64,000 nt of DNA, taken from contig DDWQ01000019.1 in NCBI GenBank assembly GCA_002345745.1, positions 83-64,082 on the forward strand, given 5' to 3'. A program made the position numbers and the translations under genes. The notes below the pieces were generated by a model. The model searched no databases and was not told the origin of the DNA. It saw only the letters and a list, made by a program, of their open reading frames with translations. Below, piece after piece: positions 47,567 to 57,469 of this stretch (position 1 is the stretch's first letter; every line of letters begins with the position of its first letter). Source of the stretch: Candidatus Moranbacteria bacterium UBA2282 (GTDB lineage: Bacteria > Patescibacteriota > Minisyncoccia > Moranbacterales > UBA2206).

Positions 47567-49357
47567 TTAATCCACCTCCCCCATTTGTTGCAATTGCAAT
47601 AATTTTTGATATAGTCCGCCATCAGATTTGGCTAGTTCGTGATGACTGCCGGATTCGATGACACGACCTTTTTCCAAGACGATAATTTTATCCGCCTTGC
47701 GAATGGTGCTCAAGCGATGGGCAATCAGAATGACCGTGCGATTTTTGCAAATTTTATCCATAGCATCTTGAATGAGACGCTCACTTTGTGAATCCAAATT
47801 ACTCGTGGCTTCATCAAAAATCAAAATTTTCGGATTGGCCAAGATGGCCCGTGCAATACCAATTCGTTGTCTTTGCCCGCCAGACAGCTTAATTCCGCGC
47901 TCGCCAACCATTGTATTGTAGCCCTCTCTTAGTTGCAAAATAAATTCTTCGGCATTAGCAATGCGTGCGGCGGCAATGACTTCATCCTTGCTCGCACTAG
48001 GTTTAGCATAGGCAATATTTTCTCTAACGCTTAAATCAAAAATCTCAACTTCCTGTGGCACAATGGCAATAAATTTGCGGAAAGAATACAAATCATATTC
48101 GCGCAAATCCTTGCCGTCTAGTAAAATTTGGCCTTTACTAGGATCGTAGTGTCGGTAGATCATACGCACCACCGTTGTTTTTCCACCACCTGACGGACCG
48201 ACCAATGCAGTTACACAATCAGAGTTAATTTTAAAAGTCGCATCATCCAGCGCACGATTATTGCTGTCTTTATAATAGAAAGACAAGTTTTTAAATTCAA
48301 ATTGTCCGTTAATATTTTTTGGCTTTAATCCCTTGGGATTATTTTTAATTTCTGATTCTTCAGTTGATAGCAAATACAATCTTTCCACTGCTTCGCTTGA
48401 TTCCATAATACGATCATACAATCGTGAGATGCGAAAAAGAGAAATTAGACCTTTTTCAGAAATAGTAAAAACAAATACCAAGCTTCCAATAGTAATTTGA
48501 TTGTTAACTACCAAATAAATTCCAAACAACAACACAAAACCACGACCCAAATCAATCACTAAATTTCGAGCTAAATTATATTTCAGAATTCTGCGATATT
48601 CTTCAATAATACTATTTTTAATATTTTCCGTCGTACGAAAAAATTGATTATATTCTCGCAATTCCTGCACAAATGATTTAACTGTGTTGATATTAATAAT
48701 TGATTGCGTCATTATGCTTGATGCAACTTCTTGCTCGTCATAGCGTTTTTTGCGAAAAGGAAAAATCATTGCATTAACTCGCAAAGTCAGAAAAACAAAA
48801 ATTGGAACAAAAACAATAATAATCACACCAAAATGCCAATCAATAACAAACAGTGCAATCGTCGTAAAAATAATCTGAAAAATTGTCGGAGCAACTTCCC
48901 AAAAAAAATTACCAAATAAATTATCAATCTTATCAATACCCCTGCTTATTTTAATTATTTTACTGCCCGTGTTTTCTTTTTCGTGATAGCCTAGACTCAA
49001 AAAAACCATTTTTTTATGTGCATTGCTGGCTAGATACGCAATAATATCCATTAAGATACGGATGAGTTTTCTATCGCGAAAATAGTCGAAAACTGAAATA
49101 AATTGATTTACAGCAAACACTGCAAATATCAACACTACAACAGATATTAATTGCTTTGCATCGAAATTAGTTATTTTATCAATAACTAATTTCAACATAT
49201 ATGGACCAACTAAACTAACCACCTCTATTGCCATCGTTAATATCAGCAACTTTATAATTTGCGTTTGACTTGGCTCTAGAAGCTTCCAAAGACGTATCCA
49301 AAAACGCGTCAGATCTATTCCAGATTTATCTATATTTTTCTTGTTTTCTCTTTGCAT
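47567..49357 (-). CDS. ABC transporter permease/ATP-binding protein (type I exporter, MsbA-like)
   Basis: 6-TM domain followed by an NBD (GPSGGGKTT, LSGGQRQRIGIARA, ILIFDEATS). Confidence 0.85.
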   Translation of the reverse strand: MQRENKKNIDKSGIDLTRFWIRLWKLLEPSQTQIIKLLILTMAIEVVSLVGPYMLKLVIDKITNFDAKQLISVVVLIFAVFAVNQFISVFDYFRDRKLIRILMDIIAYLASNAHKKMVFLSLGYHEKENTGSKIIKISRGIDKIDNLFGNFFWEVAPTIFQIIFTTIALFVIDWHFGVIIIVFVPIFVFLTLRVNAMIFPFRKKRYDEQEVASSIMTQSIININTVKSFVQELREYNQFFRTTENIKNSIIEEYRRILKYNLARNLVIDLGRGFVLLFGIYLVVNNQITIGSLVFVFTISEKGLISLFRISRLYDRIMESSEAVERLYLLSTEESEIKNNPKGLKPKNINGQFEFKNLSFYYKDSNNRALDDATFKINSDCVTALVGPSGGGKTTVVRMIYRHYDPSKGQILLDGKDLREYDLYSFRKFIAIVPQEVEIFDLSVRENIAYAKPSASKDEVIAAARIANAEEFILQLREGYNTMVGERGIKLSGGQRQRIGIARAILANPKILIFDEATSNLDSQSERLIQDAMDKICKNRTVILIAHRLSTIRKADKIIVLEKGRVIESGSHHELAKSDGGLYQKLLQLQQMGEVD

Positions 49358-49377
49358 ATATTTTTACAAAAACAATT

Positions 49378-49401
49378 ATCGCCCCGTTTTAGCGGAGCGA
49401 T
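49378..49401 (-). terminator. hairpin ATCGCCCCG-TTTTA-GCGGAGCGAT with a downstream T-run on the minus strand
   Basis: Lies directly after the proS stop. The minus strand reads ...GCGAUAAUUGUUUUUG. Confidence 0.5.
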
Positions 49402-49415
49402 ATATCTTCCCCTTA

Positions 49416-50684
49416 CTATTTGTTCTGAAAATATTTAACTATTTCTGAGCTTTCTAAAGATACATATTCCACGACCCCACTTTTTCTATTTTTAATTTCC
49501 ACTTGCGAATCACGTGTATTTTTTTCACTTACCACTAGTTGATAGGGCATCCCCATCAAATCCGCATCGGCGAATTTCACGCCCGCATTTGCATCTCGAT
49601 CATCGAACAACACTTCCATGCCCGCTATTGTCAATGCATCATAAATTTCTTGCGCTTTTTCGTTTTGATTTAGACTCAAAAGATGAATTCGAAAAGGTGC
49701 CACTGCTTCTGGCCAAATTATACCTTTGTCATCATGATGCTCTTCTACTATTGTGCCCATCAACCTTGAGATGCCTATTCCATAACAGCCCATAAAAACA
49801 AGTTGGCTTTCACCTTTTTCATTTTTATATTTCAAGTTGAATGGCTCAGAAAACTTATGTCCGAGCGAGAATATATTTCCAACCTCAATAGCTTTCTTCT
49901 CAATTAGTGTATTTTTATTTAGACCAAGATCTTCCAAGACCTCATCTGTATAAACTTCTTTGTTAACAGCTATTCCTTTCTCCTCATCAATATAAATTAT
50001 ATCTTCTCCTGCTTCACTGATGGTTTGAAATTCATGAGAATATTTTGAAAAAGATCCACCGGAAGCAAAGGTCATAAAAGTTTTCTCACCCAAGCCAACC
50101 CTATCAAAAACATTTTTGTAAGCAACCTTGGCTTTCTCATAATATTCATTATGTTGTGCCTCATCTTTGGAAAAAGAATATAACGCTTTCCAAAAAAATT
50201 CTTTGCCTCGCATAATTCCTGATTTCGCCCTAGCTTCATTTCGAAAAACAGTCCTAATATCATATGCATAGATAGGTAAGTCTTTGTACGATGATATAAA
50301 ATTAGTCATCATATTAGCCATCGGTTCTTCATGCGTAAAGGCAAGGGAAAGCTCGGTTCCGTTTTTCAATTTCGTCTTGAACCAATTGTCAACCATATCA
50401 TCACTCCATCTATCAGTTTTTTTCCAAACCTCCTGTCTTTGCAAAGCCGTTGATTGCATCTCTACTCCACCAGTCTTATCCATCTCGTCTCGAACAATAT
50501 TAGCGATCTTATTTATCACTTTCAAGCCTAGAGGCAAAATCGCATACACTCCAGCCATTTCTTTATAGATAAACCCCGCCCGAATCAAAAGCTGAGCATT
50601 AACACTCACCTCATCTTTCAAAGCATCTTTTTGCGTTTTCGTAAATAATTGTGATTGTTTCATAAATTTGCTTAGATCGCGCAT
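49416..50684 (-). CDS. proS: proline--tRNA ligase (short form lacking the INS editing domain)
   Basis: 422 aa class IIa aaRS with an N-terminus like bacterial ProRS (SQLF..T.K....E.SVNAQLLIRAGFI) and a C-terminal anticodon-binding domain. Confidence 0.75.
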   Translation of the reverse strand: MRDLSKFMKQSQLFTKTQKDALKDEVSVNAQLLIRAGFIYKEMAGVYAILPLGLKVINKIANIVRDEMDKTGGVEMQSTALQRQEVWKKTDRWSDDMVDNWFKTKLKNGTELSLAFTHEEPMANMMTNFISSYKDLPIYAYDIRTVFRNEARAKSGIMRGKEFFWKALYSFSKDEAQHNEYYEKAKVAYKNVFDRVGLGEKTFMTFASGGSFSKYSHEFQTISEAGEDIIYIDEEKGIAVNKEVYTDEVLEDLGLNKNTLIEKKAIEVGNIFSLGHKFSEPFNLKYKNEKGESQLVFMGCYGIGISRLMGTIVEEHHDDKGIIWPEAVAPFRIHLLSLNQNEKAQEIYDALTIAGMEVLFDDRDANAGVKFADADLMGMPYQLVVSEKNTRDSQVEIKNRKSGVVEYVSLESSEIVKYFQNK

Positions 50685-50791
50685 TCACTTCCCTAGCGAA
50701 TTTACGAAATTTTATAATCTTATTTTACTATATTATCGCCATTTTGCCAAGTTTTGTGAAAATTCTTTCTTTTTACTCATACTCATACTTG

Positions 50792-51544
50792 CTATAAATA
50801 AAATCTAGTGCCAAAATTTTCTTTATTGGAAACTGCCCGCAGAATGAATTTTTTTTGATTTGCTGACACTAAATGCGTTTGTATTCCAGCTTGCGTCAAT
50901 TCAGCCAACGCCAGAATTTTGGTACGCATACCATCAGATCCGTGACCCAGAGTGCTACCGCCTCTAGCGCATTGCAAAACTTTTTCAATCTCAGAAACCT
51001 TGATGTGATGCATCACTTGACCATTAAAATCTAGAAAACCCAATTTATCAAAACCGATAATTGCCACGTCCGCCCCCACCAAAAAACACATTAGTTTGAA
51101 AAGCCGATCGTTATCCGCACAATATTCCAGAGCATTAATTTCCTCCGAATCAATCACATCATTAGCATTAATAATTGGAATCACGTCTGCTAAAAACGCT
51201 TCTTGCATAATTTTTTTCGTCAAACAAGTTTTCTGGCTCGCCACATCGACTAATTGCTCATCTGTCAGCAACATTTGTGCACAATCTATTCCAAATTTTT
51301 CCAAGGCCAAACGGTATTCGTTTATAATCCGAATTTGCCCGACTGCTGAACGTAGGTTATTAGAACGCTCACGCATCTGGTCACTGGCAATTGCTCCAGA
51401 AGTCACAATGAAAACTCCCGCACCAGAAGTGACAAGTGTTGCAATCTGCTCGCAAACCGACCTAATCAATTGGCGATTGATTTTTCCATCAACAACCAAC
51501 ACAGCTGAGCCTAGTTTGATGCCAATAATTTTTTTCTTTTCCAT
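50792..51544 (-). CDS. proB: glutamate 5-kinase-like amino-acid kinase (no PUA domain)
   Basis: IIGIKLGSAVL...VTSGAIA...IINANDVI... is collinear with the ProB kinase domain. 250 aa. Confidence 0.6.
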   Translation of the reverse strand: MEKKKIIGIKLGSAVLVVDGKINRQLIRSVCEQIATLVTSGAGVFIVTSGAIASDQMRERSNNLRSAVGQIRIINEYRLALEKFGIDCAQMLLTDEQLVDVASQKTCLTKKIMQEAFLADVIPIINANDVIDSEEINALEYCADNDRLFKLMCFLVGADVAIIGFDKLGFLDFNGQVMHHIKVSEIEKVLQCARGGSTLGHGSDGMRTKILALAELTQAGIQTHLVSANQKKFILRAVSNKENFGTRFYL

Positions 51545-51753
51545 AATAATTTTCTCCTTTTTAAAGTTACATTGCAGAATTAAAAAACAACCTATTCATT
51601 AGGCTGTCTCTGTCTATCTACAATTATCGCAATTTTTGCTAATTAATTCCAAACACACAAGCAGCCTAATTGTCTAGGTTGTGGGGCTGCCGGGAAATTG
51701 TAGGTGTGTTTAAAATTGTTCATATCCATACAATAACATTTTTATACTGTCTG

Positions 51754-52233
51754 TCAACTATTAATTTTCTTAGCCAATTCGGCTAATTTTTCATCATCTG
51801 CCCTTTCATAATCATGCGATGAAATATAGCCTTCGTATTTTTCAAAATATTTATCAACTTTGGATTCAATCGGCCTCCAATTTGAATCAACTGTACCATG
51901 CATTGGGAAAAGCTTAGCGTGCATATGATCGACACCATAGCCTTCAAAAATAATACCAGTACGACCGACCTCAGGAAGTTTTGCATCTAACAATTTGCCA
52001 ACTTTTTTTGTCGCTACCATCAAACCACTCAAAACATCATCAGGCAAATCAAAGGCATAACTCGGATAATGTTCTTTAGTTATCACTACTGAAAAGCCTT
52101 CCGTGTTCGGAAAAATTGAGAGGAAAGCCAAATGCGCTTCATCTTCCCAAATTTTATGACACGGAATTTCACCCGAAACAATTTTACAAAATATACAATC
52201 TGACATAACATTTTTATTTTGTAGGGGTTTCAC
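51754..52233 (-). CDS. HIT-family (histidine triad) hydrolase
   Basis: CIFCKI...HxHxH-type triad (VDHMHAKLFPMHG). Confidence 0.65.
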   Translation of the reverse strand: MKPLQNKNVMSDCIFCKIVSGEIPCHKIWEDEAHLAFLSIFPNTEGFSVVITKEHYPSYAFDLPDDVLSGLMVATKKVGKLLDAKLPEVGRTGIIFEGYGVDHMHAKLFPMHGTVDSNWRPIESKVDKYFEKYEGYISSHDYERADDEKLAELAKKINS

Positions 52234-52244
52234 CCCTACAATGT

Positions 52245-52775
52245 TTATTCCAATTCCGGCGTTGTGCTTTCGACTACTCCAATCGGACAGACGGCACTGG
52301 TTGTGCTATCACATTCTTCTTCCACAACACAAGCCTCGTCAACTGCCGGGTCACACTCTTCCTCTATTTGATTTTCTTCTGCATATACAATTGGATCATT
52401 GCAAGCAGTTGCATATTGTGCTTCTATCGCATCCTCTGCGCAAAAAGTGACACTACATTCTGGCTCATTATCACCACAAATCAAAGCATCACATTCTTCA
52501 TCATTCGGATCACACAATGGAACTCGACTAGCATTTCTTCGTACAACTTGAAAATACCAAATATCTGTTTCTGCATCACCCGTGCAAGCTTCTCCTTCCA
52601 CATCAGACTGCGGATCACATTCCCAGATAAAACATTTTTCTACATAAGGATCGCAATTAGCCTGTGCTTCAATAATGTAATCTCTTTTAACTATAATATG
52701 CCAATAAGTCACAGCGACTGATCCAACTATCAATAAAGCAACAACACTAAAAAATATTTTGGATTTTTTATCCAT
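52245..52775 (-). CDS. secreted/anchored cysteine-rich acidic protein, unknown function
   Basis: N-terminal TM/signal peptide, 18 Cys, high D/E content, locally elevated GC. Confidence 0.4.
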   Translation of the reverse strand: MDKKSKIFFSVVALLIVGSVAVTYWHIIVKRDYIIEAQANCDPYVEKCFIWECDPQSDVEGEACTGDAETDIWYFQVVRRNASRVPLCDPNDEECDALICGDNEPECSVTFCAEDAIEAQYATACNDPIVYAEENQIEEECDPAVDEACVVEEECDSTTSAVCPIGVVESTTPELE

Positions 52776-52826
52776 AATGATTTTATTTATTTTTATAATT
52801 ATTATTATAACATCTTGCCCATACTA

Positions 52827-52855
52827 TTGACAACTCCATTAAAGCTTGCTATGAT
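52827..52855 (+). promoter_or_regulatory. consensus sigma70 promoter TTGACA-17-TATGAT driving the DEAD-box helicase, with a ~120-nt 5'UTR
   Basis: TTGACA at 52827-52832, a 17-nt spacer, TATGAT at 52850-52855. The leader contains a duplicated TTAATACCTT motif and a CCTTC/GAAGG hairpin. Confidence 0.55.
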
Positions 52856-52981
52856 TGCTTTTTATGTTAATACCTTCGCATTGAAGGTTCGCTAACTTAA
52901 TACCTTTTGTATTTCGTTGCCGAACTGTGATATCTTCGTTGAGTTGAGACATAGAATTTTAATTTTTTATGTTTCAACATA

Positions 52982-54244
52982 ATGCATAACAACAGACCAA
53001 GACGAGGTCCTGCTTCGGCAGGCAAGCCCAGCTATAGTAGCAAACCAGGACAAAATTCAAGAGTTAGAACTGCCCGACCAGCCGGACAAAGGGGTTTTGG
53101 TGGCAATAGTCGACCAAAAAAAGGTGGCTTCACTGGTGCTTATATTGACCCAAAAATGTTTGTCAATAAAGCTGTTCCCGCACAACCAGAAACGGATGTG
53201 CATGTTGTAAAATCACTTTTTTCCGATCTAGCACTTAACGACTCTCTGAAACAAGCTATCACAAAGCGTGGTTATATCCACCCAACCGATATTCAAGCTA
53301 AGACTATCCCACATATTCTTTCCGGCAAAGATGTAATCGGGCTAGCTAATACTGGAACTGGCAAAACTGGCGCATTTTTATTGCCAATGATCCACAAGAT
53401 CATGCAAGATCCGAAGCAAAAATTACTAGTTGTCGTACCAACTCGTGAATTAGCTATTCAAATTCAAGAAGAATTCGTGGCATTCACCCAAGGACTCCGC
53501 ATTCAAGCAGTGGTAATTGTTGGTGGGGCTAATATTCGACCGCAAATTCAAAGACTCAGAAGCAGACATAATGTAGTTATTGGAACTCCGGGACGTTTGA
53601 AGGATTTGATTAATCGCAAAGATTTAAAATTGGAATCATTTACGAACGTCGTCCTTGATGAAGCTGATCGAATGCTTGATATGGGATTTATTGCTGATGT
53701 AAAATTATTGCTGTCACTTTTATCATCTCCAAGACAAACACTTCTATTTTCTGCTACACTGTCCAAAGAAATTGAAGCTTTGGTACAACAATTTTTGACT
53801 GACCCTGTTCGAGTTTCTATCAAATCCAGAGAAACTTCAGCCCAAGTTGATCAAGACATTGTGCGCGTTGGCAATGGTGAAGAAAAAATTGAAGTCTTGC
53901 AAAGACTTTTAATCCAAGAACATTTTCAAAAAATTCTCATTTTCACTCGCACCAAGCGTGGAGCGGAGAAATTATCCAAAGATCTATCTAAACTAAATTT
54001 CAAAGCTGAATCTATTCATGGCGACAAATCACATTATCAAAGACAAAGATCATTACAACTATTTAAGGATGGTCGTGTTGAAATCTTAGTTGCGACTGAT
54101 GTGGCTGCTCGCGGACTTGATATTCCCAATGTTAGTCATGTTATTAATTTTGACCTTCCTGGTAGTTATGAAGATTACATTCACCGCATTGGGCGAACCG
54201 GTCGTGCTGACAAAACTGGAACGGCACTGACTTTCATAAACTAA
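52982..54244 (+). CDS. DEAD-box ATP-dependent RNA helicase
   Basis: Q motif, GTGKT (motif I), DEAD (VLDEADRM), SAT and HRIGRTGR. The N-terminus is R/G-rich. Confidence 0.9.
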   Translation: MHNNRPRRGPASAGKPSYSSKPGQNSRVRTARPAGQRGFGGNSRPKKGGFTGAYIDPKMFVNKAVPAQPETDVHVVKSLFSDLALNDSLKQAITKRGYIHPTDIQAKTIPHILSGKDVIGLANTGTGKTGAFLLPMIHKIMQDPKQKLLVVVPTRELAIQIQEEFVAFTQGLRIQAVVIVGGANIRPQIQRLRSRHNVVIGTPGRLKDLINRKDLKLESFTNVVLDEADRMLDMGFIADVKLLLSLLSSPRQTLLFSATLSKEIEALVQQFLTDPVRVSIKSRETSAQVDQDIVRVGNGEEKIEVLQRLLIQEHFQKILIFTRTKRGAEKLSKDLSKLNFKAESIHGDKSHYQRQRSLQLFKDGRVEILVATDVAARGLDIPNVSHVINFDLPGSYEDYIHRIGRTGRADKTGTALTFIN

Positions 54245-54250
54245 CCACTT

Positions 54251-54276
54251 AAAAATCCGCATTAGCGGATTTTTTT
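54251..54276. terminator. bidirectional intrinsic terminator AAAAATCCGC-ATTA-GCGGATTTTTTT
   Basis: Perfect 6-bp stem between convergent genes (helicase on +, permease on -). Confidence 0.7.
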
Positions 54277-54330
54277 GACTCATTTTATTTTTCTAAATGG
54301 CAAACTACGTTAGACTTAAGATCTATTTTT

Positions 54331-55296
54331 CTAGCCCAAAATAAAATTAAAGAAATATCCAGTGAAAATAATGCCCAACCCAACAATACTGGCAAATATT
54401 ATGATTAGTTTTATTTTCATCACTTTTTTCAGAATCATAAATTCTGGAAGCGACAACGCAGTCACAGCCATCATAAAAGCTAGTGCTGTTCCCATAGCCA
54501 CACCCTTTTCAGTTAGAACACCCACTAATGGAATCACACCGGCTGCATTTGAATAGAGAGGGATGCCTATCAAAACTGCCAATGGCACAGCATACCAATT
54601 ACCACTACCAGTATATTGCACCAAAGCTTCTGTTGGAACATAGCCATGAATCCAAGCACCCAAACCAACACCAATGACAACATACAACCAAACCTTTTTT
54701 ACAATATCTAGCGTATATATTTTGGCATAACTAGCTCTTTCTTTCCAACTTAATTCTGGAAGCTTGATGTTTTTTCCAGTACCATTCCATACAAATTCTT
54801 CTACTAAATTTCTCACATCCATTTTTTCAATAACTATGCCGGAAAAAATTGCAATCAAAAGTCCGCTGACAATATATAGCAGTGCAATTTTCCAACCAAA
54901 CATTCCCAGAAGCAAAACAAGTGCCACCTCATTAATCATCGGTGAAGCTACGAGGAATGAAAAAGTGGTGCCCAGTGGCACGCCAGCTTGCACAAAACCA
55001 AGAAAAAGTGGCACCGCCGAGCAAGAACAGAAAGGTGTAATAATCCCTAAAAGTGCCGCCAGAATATTACCAATATATTTCTTCTCGTGTGACAAAATGT
55101 TCCTAATTTTCTCCGGTGGCAAAAAAGAACGAATAATTGACACCGTAAAAATGATCACAAACAAAAGCAACAAAATTTTAATTGTGTCAAAAATAAAGAA
55201 ATTAACAGCATTAGCCAGAAGCGTTTCGTGAATTATGCCAAAAATTGAATATGTCAGCCAATCGGCAAATAGTTGCACGGGATAAAATATGTTCAT
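54331..55296 (-). CDS. permease of the DUF318/ArsP-like family with a CSC motif
   Basis: 321 aa polytopic protein containing TPFCSCSAVP, as in ArsP-type organoarsenical permeases. Confidence 0.55.
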   Translation of the reverse strand: MNIFYPVQLFADWLTYSIFGIIHETLLANAVNFFIFDTIKILLLLFVIIFTVSIIRSFLPPEKIRNILSHEKKYIGNILAALLGIITPFCSCSAVPLFLGFVQAGVPLGTTFSFLVASPMINEVALVLLLGMFGWKIALLYIVSGLLIAIFSGIVIEKMDVRNLVEEFVWNGTGKNIKLPELSWKERASYAKIYTLDIVKKVWLYVVIGVGLGAWIHGYVPTEALVQYTGSGNWYAVPLAVLIGIPLYSNAAGVIPLVGVLTEKGVAMGTALAFMMAVTALSLPEFMILKKVMKIKLIIIFASIVGLGIIFTGYFFNFILG

Positions 55297-55308
55297 TATG
55301 TTTATTAC

Positions 55309-55542
55309 TTATTTTGTTAGTAATTTTTTAATCTCTTCAACTTCCAATATTCTTCCATAAGCCACAACTTCGCTACCAATCACCAACGCGGGTGTGCTCA
55401 TAATGCCATAACTCATAATCTCTTGAATTTCTGTCACTTTTTCGACTGTTGCGTCTAAATTCAATTCTTCTAGTGCTTGTTTTGTATTTTGTTCTAATCG
55501 AAGGCAATTAGGACAACCTGTACCTAGAATTTTTATGTTCAT
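55309..55542 (-). CDS. small thioredoxin-family protein (redox-active disulfide protein 2-like)
   Basis: 77 aa, CPNC active site. Commonly paired with DUF318 permeases. Confidence 0.6.
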   Translation of the reverse strand: MNIKILGTGCPNCLRLEQNTKQALEELNLDATVEKVTEIQEIMSYGIMSTPALVIGSEVVAYGRILEVEEIKKLLTK

Positions 55543-55628
55543 AATGTTTTTTATTTGATAAAAAGAGACTCAAATGAGCCTCTTTTTTAGTCAAGGAATT
55601 AGCCGTAGAATAAATTACAATTCTATTT

Positions 55629-56345
55629 TTAAAAAATTAATTTATTCAACCAACCAAATACACTGAAGCCACTTTGGTTATTAGCAAGTATAGTCTCTAT
55701 TCCCTGATTGGATTGCTCCAATACCTTAATTTGTTCAGCTAATTGTTGCTGGTCGCCTTGGTTAGAAAGTTGAGTTCGAATTTGATTGAGTTGGCGGATT
55801 TGTTCTTTGTTTTGGTCTAATGTTTTTTGAGCATCTCTAATTTCACTATAGTTAGCACCAATAAAAAATTTAACAAGTCCTCCACGACTTTGGATTTTTT
55901 CAACACTCTGTTCCAATTTTACTTGGTTCTGATTTTGGGTTTGAGCAATAACTTTAACTTGCTTTCCAACTCCTCCATCTCTATCTGCTATTTGAAGCAT
56001 AGTTTGGACTGCATTAGCCACTTGACTTCTTTTTTGTTCTGAGGGATTGGTATCTTTTCCTTTGCTGGTTTTATCCTCTCCACTATCTTGAGTCTGAACA
56101 GCATTTTGTTCTTGAGTTTGAATTTGGGTATTTTCTCCCTGATTTTTAACTGCATTTTGTTCACCAGTATTCACAACATTTCCAGCTTGAGTCCCTTGTG
56201 CTGGTGTTGTTGCTATCACCGTGTCATCTTGCGTTGCACTTGCTGGCTTACTGCCTCCTTGAGGTTGACCGTTGTTGCTTACTGCTAACGTTTGGAAAGT
56301 CATCCCGAACATTAGAAAAAAAGCGATGAGCAATGTTTTTTTCAT
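55629..56345 (-). CDS. secreted Q/N-rich coiled-coil protein, unknown function
   Basis: Signal peptide followed by a low-complexity Q/T/N-rich region. Confidence 0.4.
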   Translation of the reverse strand: MKKTLLIAFFLMFGMTFQTLAVSNNGQPQGGSKPASATQDDTVIATTPAQGTQAGNVVNTGEQNAVKNQGENTQIQTQEQNAVQTQDSGEDKTSKGKDTNPSEQKRSQVANAVQTMLQIADRDGGVGKQVKVIAQTQNQNQVKLEQSVEKIQSRGGLVKFFIGANYSEIRDAQKTLDQNKEQIRQLNQIRTQLSNQGDQQQLAEQIKVLEQSNQGIETILANNQSGFSVFGWLNKLIF

Positions 56346-56491
56346 TTTTTTATTTTAACTATTTATATTAATATTCTAGCATATAAAGTTTTAGCTTACA
56401 ACTACTCCTCTGTCAATTTTTTTTGCCAAGTCGTATATATAATCCCAAAAAACACCTGTTTACAGCGGTTTCTGTGATATAAACAAAAAAA

Positions 56492-56794
56492 CTAAAAATC
56501 AAATAAATCACCTAGCAATCCTTCCTTTTTTCGTTTTTTGCCATAACCATATCCCTGATTAGAATCGTGATCATCGTGATGATGATCATCATTATAGCTT
56601 CGCTGGTCATTCATTGGCATTCTCTGATTTCTTTCTTGAACAGGAGCAGCGCTACTGGCGGTTGATTTCTCAATTATCTTGTCTAGCTCTCCTCGGTCAA
56701 GCCATACGCCACGACATTGAGGGCAATAATCAATTTCCACTCCTTGACGCTCAGTCATTTGTAAATCCTCATTGTCACATATTGGACATTTCAT
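56492..56794 (-). CDS. zinc-ribbon (zf-TFIIB-like) domain protein
   Basis: MKCPICDN...YCPQCRGVWLDRGELDKI, 100 aa. Confidence 0.6.
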   Translation of the reverse strand: MKCPICDNEDLQMTERQGVEIDYCPQCRGVWLDRGELDKIIEKSTASSAAPVQERNQRMPMNDQRSYNDDHHHDDHDSNQGYGYGKKRKKEGLLGDLFDF

Positions 56795-56956
56795 ATATTT
56801 TTATCTTAAATAATTAACAACTTACCCTTTCATTCTACATCAACCTTTAATTTTTAGCAAAAAAACGCTATCAAAGAAACTACCCCTGTAATACAATCGC
56901 ATCTTTAATAATTTTTACACTATATCATTGCAAATAACTTCTTTCCCAATAATTTA

Positions 56957-57352
56957 TTATTTATTTAAATAAGTAATTGTCAGTTGCAAAACTGTTGCAA
57001 AAGAAACCCAAAGCAAGTATGGAATTTGAATATATGTAATCCAACGAGCATGAGGATAAATTGCAATCATTGCCCAAACAAGCGTTACAAGTACAAGCAA
57101 AATATCCACTGCGGCAAGGAGATTGTTTTTAAGTCCAAATTGCAAAGGAGTAAAAGCCAGATTAAAAATAAGATTTAGCAAAAATGGCAAAGCAACCATA
57201 AACACCACCTCCTTCTTATAAGCCATCAGAAAAACTTTTCCAAAAGATATAAAAATAAGCACATACAAAAAAGTCCAAACCGGACCAAAAAGAAAAGCTG
57301 GTGGAGACCATTCTGGCTTTATAAGTTGCGAGTACCAATTATATGTGTTCAT
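56957..57352 (-). CDS. TspO/MBR family membrane protein
   Basis: WYSQLIKPEWSPPAFLFGPVWTFLY N-terminal signature, 131 aa. Confidence 0.65.
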   Translation of the reverse strand: MNTYNWYSQLIKPEWSPPAFLFGPVWTFLYVLIFISFGKVFLMAYKKEVVFMVALPFLLNLIFNLAFTPLQFGLKNNLLAAVDILLVLVTLVWAMIAIYPHARWITYIQIPYLLWVSFATVLQLTITYLNK

Positions 57353-57469
57353 ATATTATACTAATATTATAAATCTTACTTCTTTATTCTACTCCCATTC
57401 AACGCCTCTGGCAAAAAATTAAAAACAACCCTTGAAAAAAGGTTGTTGATTATCATTAAACTTGAAAGA

